Part shown: positions 49,104-57,754 of the stretch, in pieces
Numbering within the stretch: position 1 is the first letter of the stretch
How the letters are laid out: the number at the start of each line of letters is the position of its first letter
Assembly (NCBI GenBank): GCA_020632265.1
Contig: JACKFW010000001.1
Location: forward strand, 401,892-465,891
Direction: 5' to 3'
Length of the DNA: 64,000 nucleotides
Source of the DNA: Pseudomonadales bacterium
Lineage (GTDB): Bacteria; Patescibacteriota; Microgenomatia; UBA1400; PJMF01
Notes under the pieces: generated by a model
Told to the model about the DNA's origin: nothing
The model's input: only the letters and a program-made list of their open reading frames with translations
Databases searched by the model: none
Position numbers and translations under genes: made by a program

Positions 49104-49283
49104 CTATTCTTTCTGATTGATAAACTTATTAATCTCACTTAATTTAAATCTTCTATCGCCTCGCTCATTAATAACCACAGCCTTTAGCTTTCCTTCGTTG
49201 TCCCATTTGCGAAGAGTCGCGGGGCTGACGCCTAACAATTTCGCCGCTTCTTTAATTCTTAATAATCTTGCAGATTTATCCAT
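49104..49283 (-). CDS. small HTH DNA-binding protein (MerR/AlpA-Xis-like), not in ORF track
   Basis: 59 aa MDKSARLLRIKEAAKLLGVSPATLRKWDNEGKLKAVVINERGDRRFKLSEINKFINQKE; stop 1 nt from hsdM start. Confidence 0.55.
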   Translation of the reverse strand: MDKSARLLRIKEAAKLLGVSPATLRKWDNEGKLKAVVINERGDRRFKLSEINKFINQKE

Positions 49284-49433
49284 AACTTACATTTACTTGT
49301 AATTAATTGCACATATATTTTAGCTCTTTAACATGCGGCTTGTCACAGGCAAAACTTAGAATATTTGACTTGTGTAGTGATTACACGCACACACTTTCAA
49401 GAAAATATTATTTTTTTATTTATTTCACTAAGA

Positions 49434-50333
49434 CTAACCCAACTCAATTTTAAAATTACAATTGTTGCATTTATAAATTTTTTTAGGTTGATGAAACCCA
49501 AAATCACCGCATTTTGGACAGGTGTTTTTTAAGAAGTAATCTTTATGATCTGTGAAATAAGGTACCAACTGAATTTTAAGTTTTTTATATATTTTAGTTA
49601 GATTATGAAGACTAGTTAATTTTGAATAATTTGAGTAATAGTGAGAAAGAAGATGGGATAGTCTATTAATATAGGAACCATCTAATTTGAAAGAAAAGCG
49701 AGAGGGGACATAAGAATTAGGTAAAATCCGATCACTTATTCCAATAAATGAATCAAAAATAACTAATACCGTAAACAAATCTTCAAAGCCAATTTTAGCT
49801 GGCTGGACATTTAGTTTTAGATTTCTAGTTTTCCTTGTTCTCTCTGAGACTAAACCGCTATTTAATCTTTTGGAGTCACCATAACTTTCTAATAGTCTTT
49901 GCCTATGACCAATCATCTCCCAATTTTCATCATTGATTATTTCAACCTCATATAAATGATTGTGAACAATAACATCTCTGACAATCACCAGCTCAGTTAA
50001 AATTTCTTCAAAAAAATCATTCGGGAATGAATGCTCTTTTAATTTGAAAACTTGACTTAAACTTTTTACTAGCCCCATCTTATTTAAGGGCTTATTAAGC
50101 ATGTAATAGATCCTGTTCCTATATGCTTCCAATGCAAGTATTGTTAATACTATTCCAGCGGTTGCATAGGTGTTTTCAATAACACTAACTTGAAAATGTT
50201 TCTTTATGAAATCCCTTTTTTTATAAGCCTCAAAACTTTTTTCTAATAATTCAGGTATTAATATATCAACATAATTTGCAGCAACTACAGTAACTATTTT
50301 TTGCTTATTAATTTCTTTTGTAGTCTTCCGCAT
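49434..50333 (-). CDS. uncharacterised protein Z with C-terminal zinc ribbon
   Basis: 299 aa; CPKCGDFGF...CNNCNF ribbon; internal ELVIVRDVIVHNH is an Rx4H (HEPN-like) candidate. Confidence 0.45.
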   Translation of the reverse strand: MRKTTKEINKQKIVTVVAANYVDILIPELLEKSFEAYKKRDFIKKHFQVSVIENTYATAGIVLTILALEAYRNRIYYMLNKPLNKMGLVKSLSQVFKLKEHSFPNDFFEEILTELVIVRDVIVHNHLYEVEIINDENWEMIGHRQRLLESYGDSKRLNSGLVSERTRKTRNLKLNVQPAKIGFEDLFTVLVIFDSFIGISDRILPNSYVPSRFSFKLDGSYINRLSHLLSHYYSNYSKLTSLHNLTKIYKKLKIQLVPYFTDHKDYFLKNTCPKCGDFGFHQPKKIYKCNNCNFKIELG

Positions 50334-50344
50334 ATACCAATTTT

Positions 50345-51031
50345 TTATTTTTCTAATACCTTGAAATTCTTTAAACTTTTTGACGGATTTGATAATAGAA
50401 ATTCTTTCGTGTATTCGTGACCATCAGCCAATAAACGAATTTTTAACCAATACTTATTATCCTTTAATTCGAAGTCTGGATTTTTCCAATTGTGTAAATA
50501 ACTCTCATTATTGAATAGAAAAAAAGAATCATCACCATTTTCCTTTATGGCAATAGAAATATTAGCTTCTTCTCCTTGAGGAATAGTTTCTCTAGACGGA
50601 ATAAGAATTTCAGGTATAAGAGGTTGACCAGAACTATAATCAATTGGTTCCCTAGTCGAAGCCCATCTCCCGTTAGCTTTTAGTATTTCTTTCCTTGAAT
50701 TGTAATCTTTAAAAGTTAGCCAAACTCTAGAGTTATTAAGATTTTGATTGCCAAAGAAAAATTTACTAAGAAAATTTTGTTTACTGTTCCTAATTGTTAA
50801 ATTTATAAATTTAAACTTTCTACTATTCCTAGTAAATTCGTGGTCTTTAATTATTACAAATTCTATCTTTGGTTTTTGCAACATCTCCATCATTCTTGAA
50901 ATAATCCAACCAAGAATTGCACCAATCCACAATTGATTAGAATTTATGAAATTTTTTATGTAGTCAAACATGCTATTGTCCTTTTTTAATCCAAGGAATA
51001 GTAAACATATTTTGCCAATCTGTTTGATCAA
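50345..51031 (-). CDS. uncharacterised membrane-anchored protein Y
   Basis: Single N-terminal TM helix LWIGAILGWIISRMM then soluble domain; likely start MFDYIKNF. Confidence 0.45.
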   Translation of the reverse strand: MIKQIGKICLLFLGLKKDNSMFDYIKNFINSNQLWIGAILGWIISRMMEMLQKPKIEFVIIKDHEFTRNSRKFKFINLTIRNSKQNFLSKFFFGNQNLNNSRVWLTFKDYNSRKEILKANGRWASTREPIDYSSGQPLIPEILIPSRETIPQGEEANISIAIKENGDDSFFLFNNESYLHNWKNPDFELKDNKYWLKIRLLADGHEYTKEFLLSNPSKSLKNFKVLEK

Positions 51032-51671
51032 TTGGTATGAGATCGTTTCCTCCTTGTTTAAGTAGTAAATAATACTTACTAGTAATGGCTCTTACTGTTT
51101 CTATTGCTTTGTCCAAATCATTAAAATTTACATCAAAAACCAAATTATCATTCGAATCACGATGGGCAATTCTCTTATTTCTATATTTCTTAATTTCCTT
51201 CGTATTTCTTATCAACTTTGTAATGTCTTTTCTAATAACGTCTGGATCAACAAATTCTTTTGATCCAAAGTTGTTTTCAAAATCATCCTCTCCAATTCCT
51301 TCCATAAAACCAGGCATTATGTCGTTATCTCTATGATATCTGCTCGAATACCATTTTTTTGTTAAAAGCATCGTCACATCTGCTTGAATCAATTTATTTA
51401 GTAAGTTAATTAAACTGGAAGATCGTGTGTCCGAGTCAATCTGTCTACAAACGGCTGAAACCATCAAAGAAACATAACTCTCTTTAAAAAAATCCCAAAA
51501 TGAATTCCCTCTACTGGTTTTTGGATTTTTTTGTGAAATAGTTATTATTTCCTTAAAGATTGATTGATTTCCCATCATTCTAATTACTTCAGATTCGATT
51601 GGATCAAACATCTTAATTAAATCATCAATGGTTTTTTGTTGTTTACTCTTCGTCATACAAAAAAAGCCCAA
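50973..51671 (-). CDS. uncharacterised protein X (possible HEPN/Abi-like)
   Basis: 232 aa; YRNKRIAHRD Rx5H motif in a helical region; likely start MTKSK; first gene of a three-gene overlapping operon. Confidence 0.45.
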   Translation of the reverse strand: MGFFCMTKSKQQKTIDDLIKMFDPIESEVIRMMGNQSIFKEIITISQKNPKTSRGNSFWDFFKESYVSLMVSAVCRQIDSDTRSSSLINLLNKLIQADVTMLLTKKWYSSRYHRDNDIMPGFMEGIGEDDFENNFGSKEFVDPDVIRKDITKLIRNTKEIKKYRNKRIAHRDSNDNLVFDVNFNDLDKAIETVRAITSKYYLLLKQGGNDLIPIDQTDWQNMFTIPWIKKGQ

Positions 51672-52027
51672 TTAAGGGCAGGCAACGAGGCGTATTCTGT
51701 TTCCAACCTCTACTGTATTTTACATTCTTTACCTAAAAAGTTATAAACCAATTTACTACCTCGAGTGGCTCTTGTTTAATAAAATCAATAAACAAGTCAT
51801 TTGATCAACACTTTTTCCAATAGAATTTGCTGTTAATTTTCCTCTAGAAATTGATTTTGTGGTAATTGCAACTCGAGTTAATTGGCAGTTATTTACTTAC
51901 AGTCACTAAAATAGTTGTTTTTAATATTTTTATCTCAAGTACAGCTGAAGTATCGGACAGTAAGCCAGAGGTTAACTACACGATGAGCTACTATTATGAG
52001 CCGACAGACAAAAACAAAAAAGGCGCT

Positions 52028-52666
52028 TTATTTCACTAAACCAGAGTAAACATTTTCAGTACATAGCTTGCGTAGCAACGGCATCGTGTCATCAGTACTT
52101 TCTACTAGGTCATAGTAAATACGTCCATAACCAGCCGAATAATCCTCTTCTACAATTTCCGCAACAGTTCTCTCCTCTTTATATCCATTTGATTGATAAC
52201 CGTTTTCGTCAGTGGGGATTTTAGGGTTAAATACTAAAATATTTTTATCTATAGAAAAACCAAAACCAGTGATTGTTTGAGAAGGATAATATGGAACATA
52301 ATCAATAATGTCTCCCGTCAAAACATCTACAATTGCGTATCCTATACAATTTGTGCCACAACCCCAAGTTGCCATAGTGTAGTGCCCAGCAAAGTTAGCA
52401 CCTTCTGCAACTTGATTAGTGATGGTCGTGCGAAATAATTTTGCATCAGGATTGGACTCAAAATTAACTAGCTTTGGTTCACCTTCAAAAATTTCAATAT
52501 TAGTTTTCTCGTTTTGCTCTACTGCCACATCACAAACTGTTTTTGAATATCGATTTAATTCATGGCTTTCTTGCTGGCTATTTTTAAAAAGGAATATCCC
52601 TGAAAACACCAAGATTATCAGTAAAATTACGTTGATTGCCAAGAACAATTTGTTTAATTTATTCAT
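52028..52666 (-). CDS. secreted/membrane-anchored hypothetical protein
   Basis: N-terminal hydrophobic anchor LFLAINVILLIILVFSGIFLF. Confidence 0.45.
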   Translation of the reverse strand: MNKLNKLFLAINVILLIILVFSGIFLFKNSQQESHELNRYSKTVCDVAVEQNEKTNIEIFEGEPKLVNFESNPDAKLFRTTITNQVAEGANFAGHYTMATWGCGTNCIGYAIVDVLTGDIIDYVPYYPSQTITGFGFSIDKNILVFNPKIPTDENGYQSNGYKEERTVAEIVEEDYSAGYGRIYYDLVESTDDTMPLLRKLCTENVYSGLVK

Positions 52667-52673
52667 ACTTGAT

Positions 52674-53117
52674 TTAGTTTCCAGCAGCTAGAGCAAGAGA
52701 AAATACTAACATTAATAAACCAAAAATTATCCAGGAAATCAAATTTCGTTTTTTACCTTTTTCGTCAATTTTTACATTATCCCCAACTTGCTTCCAACCT
52801 TTACTAAGAAGGCTGTTGTAATTATCTTTATTGATTGTAAATGCAGAATAAATCATGACTAAATTACCAATTATAGATTGGTTAATTTCCAGTCCAGCCA
52901 TCGCAAACAAAATATCTTGAATGATGAACAAAAAAAACATGATGACAAATAACATCGAGCCTTTCTTCCACATCCCCCATCCAATATAAAGTAGCGGACC
53001 CAAGATCAATCCACCCAAACTAAATCCACTAGTACGGACTTCTTTAGTTTTATTTTTATCATCTGGATGTTGAAGTTTTACATATTTTTTCATATTTTCC
53101 TTTCCTAGTATTGGCAA
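52674..53117 (-). CDS. membrane protein
   Basis: Four hydrophobic segments. Confidence 0.45.
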   Translation of the reverse strand: MPILGKENMKKYVKLQHPDDKNKTKEVRTSGFSLGGLILGPLLYIGWGMWKKGSMLFVIMFFLFIIQDILFAMAGLEINQSIIGNLVMIYSAFTINKDNYNSLLSKGWKQVGDNVKIDEKGKKRNLISWIIFGLLMLVFSLALAAGN

Positions 53118-53374
53118 AATGTTTCAATACCATCCAAGTCATAGTAAGCATCTTGATAATAACCACTCTCTAAATTTGACTTAGCAGAATCAATAGCATA
53201 TTGAAATTCCTTTTTGCATCTCTCTAAGTCTGATATTTCGTACTCCAAATCTGAAACTTGTCTTTTCAAACTAGAGACTTCACTTTTATAAGAATTGTTT
53301 CTAGAGCCACTCCCTAAATTTATTAATATAAAAATGAAGATGATAGCCCCACCAATGATTAGAGAATTTTTCAT
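53105..53374 (-). CDS. small secreted coiled-coil protein
   Basis: Signal-like IIGGAIIFIFILINLGSGS then helical charged region. Confidence 0.4.
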   Translation of the reverse strand: MKNSLIIGGAIIFIFILINLGSGSRNNSYKSEVSSLKRQVSDLEYEISDLERCKKEFQYAIDSAKSNLESGYYQDAYYDLDGIETFCQY

Positions 53375-53682
53375 GATTTCTTCCCTGGTATTTGATTAGC
53401 TGAATAGAAATATAAAAATGAAGTGATCAAATCAATACCAATCCAAGTACTTTTGTCCAAATAAACAGGAAATATAGGATTGAAAAGCAATGCAGCAATA
53501 CCAAGCAAAGAAGCTAAGATACTTTTCTCAACTTCGTAAAAGCGATAGGCTGCATATAAGCCACTTACAAAAATTACTAATCGAAGAAATTGATAGTAAC
53601 CATATGGTAAATTGCTAATAGCAAGAACTAGCATTAAACCAGAGACAATTAAAATTGTTTTCAAGATTTGGTTATTTTTCAT
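53371..53682 (-). CDS. small membrane protein
   Basis: 103 aa with three TM helices; overlaps the previous gene by 4 nt. Confidence 0.4.
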   Translation of the reverse strand: MKNNQILKTILIVSGLMLVLAISNLPYGYYQFLRLVIFVSGLYAAYRFYEVEKSILASLLGIAALLFNPIFPVYLDKSTWIGIDLITSFLYFYSANQIPGKKS

Positions 53683-53749
53683 AAACTGGTTTTTAACCTA
53701 CTAACTATTTTTAGTCAAAATCATTCACATCTGTTTGAGGAAAGCTTTT

Positions 53750-53870
53750 AGACGCAAAAAGCCTCCCACGGTCGGTGACTTTCGTCACCCGCATCTCTTT
53801 CGAGATACGACGGTTCAACGTAACCCCATGAGAGGCTTGCTACCGTTGAACCGATTTTTCACCATGCCCA
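53750..53870. other. GC-rich structured noncoding segment (candidate ncRNA or recombination site)
   Basis: Hairpins GGTGAC-TTTC-GTCACC and ATCTC-TTTC-GAGAT; 10-bp stem CGGTTCAACG/CGTTGAACCG interleaved with AAGCCTC/GAGGCTT; ~50% GC. Confidence 0.4.
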
Positions 53871-53963
53871 TTAAGACTAATGAGTTTAGGCGATTTGTAG
53901 TGCCATTATTATATCAAAGTAATTTACTTTCCCATAGAAGCTCGGGGTATAATTAGCACTAAC

Positions 53964-54821
53964 ATGAATATCAATATAAATAGTAATGGCTATCTGGAAG
54001 AGTCAAATCACGAGTTGTCTTTATTAAAGCAGGTTTTACTGAAACAACCTCTCGTTCTTGAGGATATTGAAAATATAAAACAGGGTTACCAACTTTTAGC
54101 CAAAGTAGTCGCCATTTCTAAAAGAAATGTCCTTGATGTTATTGATCCTAAACTTAACAATTGCTATCAAGAATTGGTAAAAATTGTTAAATCTTCTTAC
54201 GAAAACTTCGAACAAATTATCAATGAAAGATATAACACCGATTCTGCCAAAAGTTTACCTGATTTTTACAGCAATCCGCACATTTTCGGCGATTATCCAT
54301 ACTTCCCATTTACTAGTATTTTCGAAAAACCGCTTGATAGTTGGGATGAAGTCGAAAATAAGCTCAATGAGTCTTTGAACAGAATAACTCAAGCCTACAC
54401 TCTACTTGATATTAAAAACAACAAGACAAACCATGCTAGCTTCTTTAATGAGGTTGAAAAATATTTAGCCAATTTCTTTAAATTTACTTGCGGGGATTTA
54501 GTTTTAGATTTAGAAATACCAGCTCTAATTTACAAAAATGGCACACCACTGCCAATTCAATTAAAGAGAAAAGAAATTCAATTTTTAATCCTTCTGCTAA
54601 GAAACAAAGGTAATTTAGTGAGCTACAAAACGGTGGCTGAGACTCTAGATACAAACTACTATCATCCTGGCTTAGACAATTTAGCTACTGGAGAGAAGCT
54701 GAGACTGTTGAAGAACGATTTGGGGAAAATGCTGCTGCAGGCTGGCATGAGCAGAGATACTTTCAAACAAATGATTACCACCCACGCTACTAAAGGCTAT
54801 GTGCTGAACTGCACAACCTAA
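53964..54821 (+). CDS. OmpR/CadC-type winged-helix DNA-binding protein without receiver domain
   Basis: C-terminus LPIQLKRKEIQFLILLLRNKGNLVSYKTVAETL...KLRLLKNDLGKML...THATKGYVLNC fits the trans_reg_C pattern. Confidence 0.45.
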   Translation: MNININSNGYLEESNHELSLLKQVLLKQPLVLEDIENIKQGYQLLAKVVAISKRNVLDVIDPKLNNCYQELVKIVKSSYENFEQIINERYNTDSAKSLPDFYSNPHIFGDYPYFPFTSIFEKPLDSWDEVENKLNESLNRITQAYTLLDIKNNKTNHASFFNEVEKYLANFFKFTCGDLVLDLEIPALIYKNGTPLPIQLKRKEIQFLILLLRNKGNLVSYKTVAETLDTNYYHPGLDNLATGEKLRLLKNDLGKMLLQAGMSRDTFKQMITTHATKGYVLNCTT

Positions 54822-54917
54822 TTTTTTCCTTTTTTCCTACATTTTTCCTACATTGCGGTTAATGTTGGTTTTTGGTCATAAGACGTATCCTTCAATTATT
54901 GAGGATAAAAAAATCTT

Positions 54918-55166
54918 ATGGATCAAAATACGCAGACAACTACTTCACTAGCACTTGCGGCTTATTTAGCAACATTGGGCTTTCTTTGTGCAAGCGTTAC
55001 ACCGACTGAAGTTAATAACCAACTAGCTTTTCATTTTGATATTTCCGAGGAGGACTTCATGTCTCACTCGGATATTTTTTGGTCAAGAAAAACGAAAATT
55101 GATGGGCTCACTTATTTTGAAGCATTAAAAGTATTAAAAAGTAGGATTTATCAATACAAAAATTAA
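54918..55166 (+). CDS. small conserved protein (paralog of 32847..33098)
   Basis: 82 aa in the same position and with the same motifs as the element A gene. Confidence 0.5.
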   Translation: MDQNTQTTTSLALAAYLATLGFLCASVTPTEVNNQLAFHFDISEEDFMSHSDIFWSRKTKIDGLTYFEALKVLKSRIYQYKN

Positions 55167-55176
55167 GAAAGGATTT

Positions 55177-57432
55177 ATGAAAAAACAACTACTTTCCACA
55201 GGGAGACAGTACATTAGTAAAGGTTTCCCAATTTTCCCAGTCAATTTATGGTGGGATCAAGAAAAACAAAAATGGATGAAGCAACCACTTATTAAAAAGT
55301 GGGAACAACAATCAGTTCCAACTGAAGAAGACTTACGGAAGTGGAGTAACATTTCGAAATTTAATGCTTGGGGTTTAGTTACTGGCAAAAAATCTGGTGT
55401 TGTTGTTTTGGACATTGATAATCCTGATTTAATAAAAGAATTTAATCTCCCCCACACACCCAGGGTTCGTTCAATCTCTGGAGGTTATCATTATTACTTA
55501 GAATATCCCAAAGATGCTGAGGTTAAAAGCCATAAAGGTATCTTGCCTAAAGTCGACATTCGTGCTGATAAAGGGTTCATTGTCATTCCGCCATCAGCAG
55601 CTGACCAAGAACATGCATACACTTGGGAAGTGTCACTTGATGCAGCAGTGCTTGCAAGTATTCCAACTTGGTTAATGGATTTGTTGGAAGTTACTCAATC
55701 ACCAGAATATATCCAAAATAATTTTGACTCTGATAAACCTATAGAGCCAGGAGAACGGCATAAAACTGCTTTACAGGCAATCGGATACTTTTCCCTGAAA
55801 TATAGAGATGAAGACCTGGAAAAAATTTGGCAACGCCTTAATGACTGGATGAAAAGTAAATTCACTATCCAATTTGGACAAGAAGAAATGACTTGGCTAA
55901 AAAAGTCTTTTGACCAATACGCTCCAAGAAATATTACTAACACTAGTGGTAGTAGCTCATCAGAAACAGTTTCAAGTCGAGTAATCAAGCTCATTATTGA
56001 CGACAAGTTTGATCTTTTTAAAACTGAAGATAAAACCACATACATTGGTCTCCCAGATAAACCTCTTACTGTTCTTCCAACTGATAGTGAAGAATTTTTC
56101 GAAGTCGTTTCTCTAAGTTACTACAACGAATTTGGAATACCGCTCATGAAAGATGCTTTAAAGAGGGTTATGCCAACTATACGAGCTTTAATCAACAAAC
56201 AAGGAGAGAAAATAGAGTTGTTCAACCGTGTGGCAGCAAGGGGCGGAATTTTCTTTGATCTGTTTGAAGATGATGTGTTTGTACGTGTTGATATAGAAGG
56301 CGTTAGTTTAGTTGGCGCCAACGTCATTAAGGAAGCGGGACTGCGGTTTGTTCGCTACCCTCATCAAAGAAAACAAGTTAAACCAGACCTAAGTGCATCA
56401 ATTCAAGATGCCTATCGCCTGTTTGATTTCCTAGCAATTAAAGATGAGGAGCAACAAAAATTGTTGTTATGTCACCTAGCAGCTTGTCTTGTTCCCAACA
56501 TTGCTCGGTGCATGCTGGTGCTGCATGGGTCAAGAGGTTCTGCAAAATCAACAACACTAAAATTTGTTCGGTCACTCATTGATCCTGCAAAACCCATGTT
56601 GGTTCGCATACCAGAAAAAGACAATGATCTTCAAATATTTCTAGAAAAAAGTTATTTTTGTTGCTTTGACAATGTTTCAGGCATTTCAAAGCAAGTATCT
56701 GACTCACTGGCAATGATGATCACTGGCGGTGGAACTATCAGTCGCAAACTTTATTCTGATAAAGAAATTGTTACCACTGACCTAAAAAGTTGTTTAGCGC
56801 TGAATGGTATCAATCTAGCCATCCGTGAAGCAGACCTACTAGAAAGATCATTAATTATCGAAACTAAAAGACTAACTGAAGTTAAGTCAGAAGAAGAAAT
56901 TACCAACGAATTTGAAGAGGCTAAACCGATTATTTTTGGTGGCTTGTTAGCTCTTCTCTCCGCATCAATAAAAAGTGTTATTTCTGGGGAAGCAGCTGGC
57001 TACATACCGACTTCCTTCAGAATGGCTGATTATTACCGTTTTGCCTCAGGCGCAGCATGGGGACTGGGAATATCAGATCATGAATTTGATGCGATGTTTC
57101 AAAGAAATGTTAATAGGCAGAATGAAGCCGCAATTGAAAGCTCACCACTTGCTCAAGTTGTAGTCGATTATATGGCTGATAAAGCAGTCCCTGTAGAAAT
57201 GCGCTCCTCAGAACTTTATACATCATTGACTGAAAGAGCTAAGGAAATGGGCGTCGACAAGGGTATGCCCAGAGGCGCTCACATGCTTTGGAAACGACTC
57301 AATCCTCTTCGCATTGATTTGGAAGCAGTAGGTATTGTTGTAGAGCGTGTTGACCGAAATGATGCCTCATACATTCGTGTAGAAAACAAAAAGGTAGCTG
57401 TGGCAGCTGAGGAAGCTGCAAATAACTTCTAA
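55177..57432 (+). CDS. bifunctional Prim-Pol DNA primase/polymerase fused to helicase-like NTPase
   Basis: GVVVLDIDNPD, SISGGYHYYLEYP, GFIVIPPSAADQEHAYTW; Walker A VLHGSRGSAKSTTL; paralog of 33756..36101. Confidence 0.8.
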   Translation: MKKQLLSTGRQYISKGFPIFPVNLWWDQEKQKWMKQPLIKKWEQQSVPTEEDLRKWSNISKFNAWGLVTGKKSGVVVLDIDNPDLIKEFNLPHTPRVRSISGGYHYYLEYPKDAEVKSHKGILPKVDIRADKGFIVIPPSAADQEHAYTWEVSLDAAVLASIPTWLMDLLEVTQSPEYIQNNFDSDKPIEPGERHKTALQAIGYFSLKYRDEDLEKIWQRLNDWMKSKFTIQFGQEEMTWLKKSFDQYAPRNITNTSGSSSSETVSSRVIKLIIDDKFDLFKTEDKTTYIGLPDKPLTVLPTDSEEFFEVVSLSYYNEFGIPLMKDALKRVMPTIRALINKQGEKIELFNRVAARGGIFFDLFEDDVFVRVDIEGVSLVGANVIKEAGLRFVRYPHQRKQVKPDLSASIQDAYRLFDFLAIKDEEQQKLLLCHLAACLVPNIARCMLVLHGSRGSAKSTTLKFVRSLIDPAKPMLVRIPEKDNDLQIFLEKSYFCCFDNVSGISKQVSDSLAMMITGGGTISRKLYSDKEIVTTDLKSCLALNGINLAIREADLLERSLIIETKRLTEVKSEEEITNEFEEAKPIIFGGLLALLSASIKSVISGEAAGYIPTSFRMADYYRFASGAAWGLGISDHEFDAMFQRNVNRQNEAAIESSPLAQVVVDYMADKAVPVEMRSSELYTSLTERAKEMGVDKGMPRGAHMLWKRLNPLRIDLEAVGIVVERVDRNDASYIRVENKKVAVAAEEAANNF

Positions 57433-57441
57433 ACAACCACT

Positions 57442-57612
57442 ATGCTCTCTCAGAAAGCAATCATCGAGTTTCAAAAAATCTACCAAGAAGAACTTGGCAC
57501 TGAAATCTCTATTGAAGAAGCGTCTGAGAGAGCTGAAAAATTTCTTCGCTTATTCAAAATGATTTACCAACCAATCCCAGATAAATGGTTGGAGGAAAAG
57601 ACCGATAAATAG
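57442..57612 (+). CDS. possible small ORF (56 aa), not in ORF track
   Basis: MLSQKAIIEFQKIYQEELGTEISIEEASERAEKFLRLFKMIYQPIPDKWLEEKTDK starts 10 nt after the primase stop; weak RBS. Confidence 0.3.
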   Translation: MLSQKAIIEFQKIYQEELGTEISIEEASERAEKFLRLFKMIYQPIPDKWLEEKTDK

Positions 57613-57670
57613 ACATAAATACATTAAATAAAAGTTTGTGATTTTGGAGGAAAAATAGTATAATAACAGT

Positions 57671-57750
57671 GCACTCAGATACCCTATCGGGCTTTTTAAT
57701 GCCCTCATTGGACAGATCCTGATAGGTCTGAGTGCACCAGTGGGGGCATT
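57671..57750 (+). promoter_or_regulatory. conserved interleaved inverted-repeat element upstream of recombinase B
   Basis: GCACTCAG(57671-78) / CTGAGTGCACCA(57728-39) interleaved with AATGCCC(57698-704) / GGGCATT(57744-50); CCTATC/GATAGG pair; homologous to 38055..38141. Confidence 0.55.
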
Positions 57751-57754
57751 AATT

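Noticed and set aside
53750-53870. Assignment of the structured block to a known ribozyme or riboswitch class (hammerhead, twister, HDV-like, c-di-GMP and others)
   Set aside because: I could not find the conserved core sequences of any of these classes by eye (no CUGAUGA...GAAA, for example). It is left as an unclassified structured element.
53735-53956. 73-aa plus-strand ORF from the track
   Set aside because: It lies entirely inside the GC-rich hairpin-dense noncoding block and has no RBS. Its composition is set by the stems, so it is most likely spurious.
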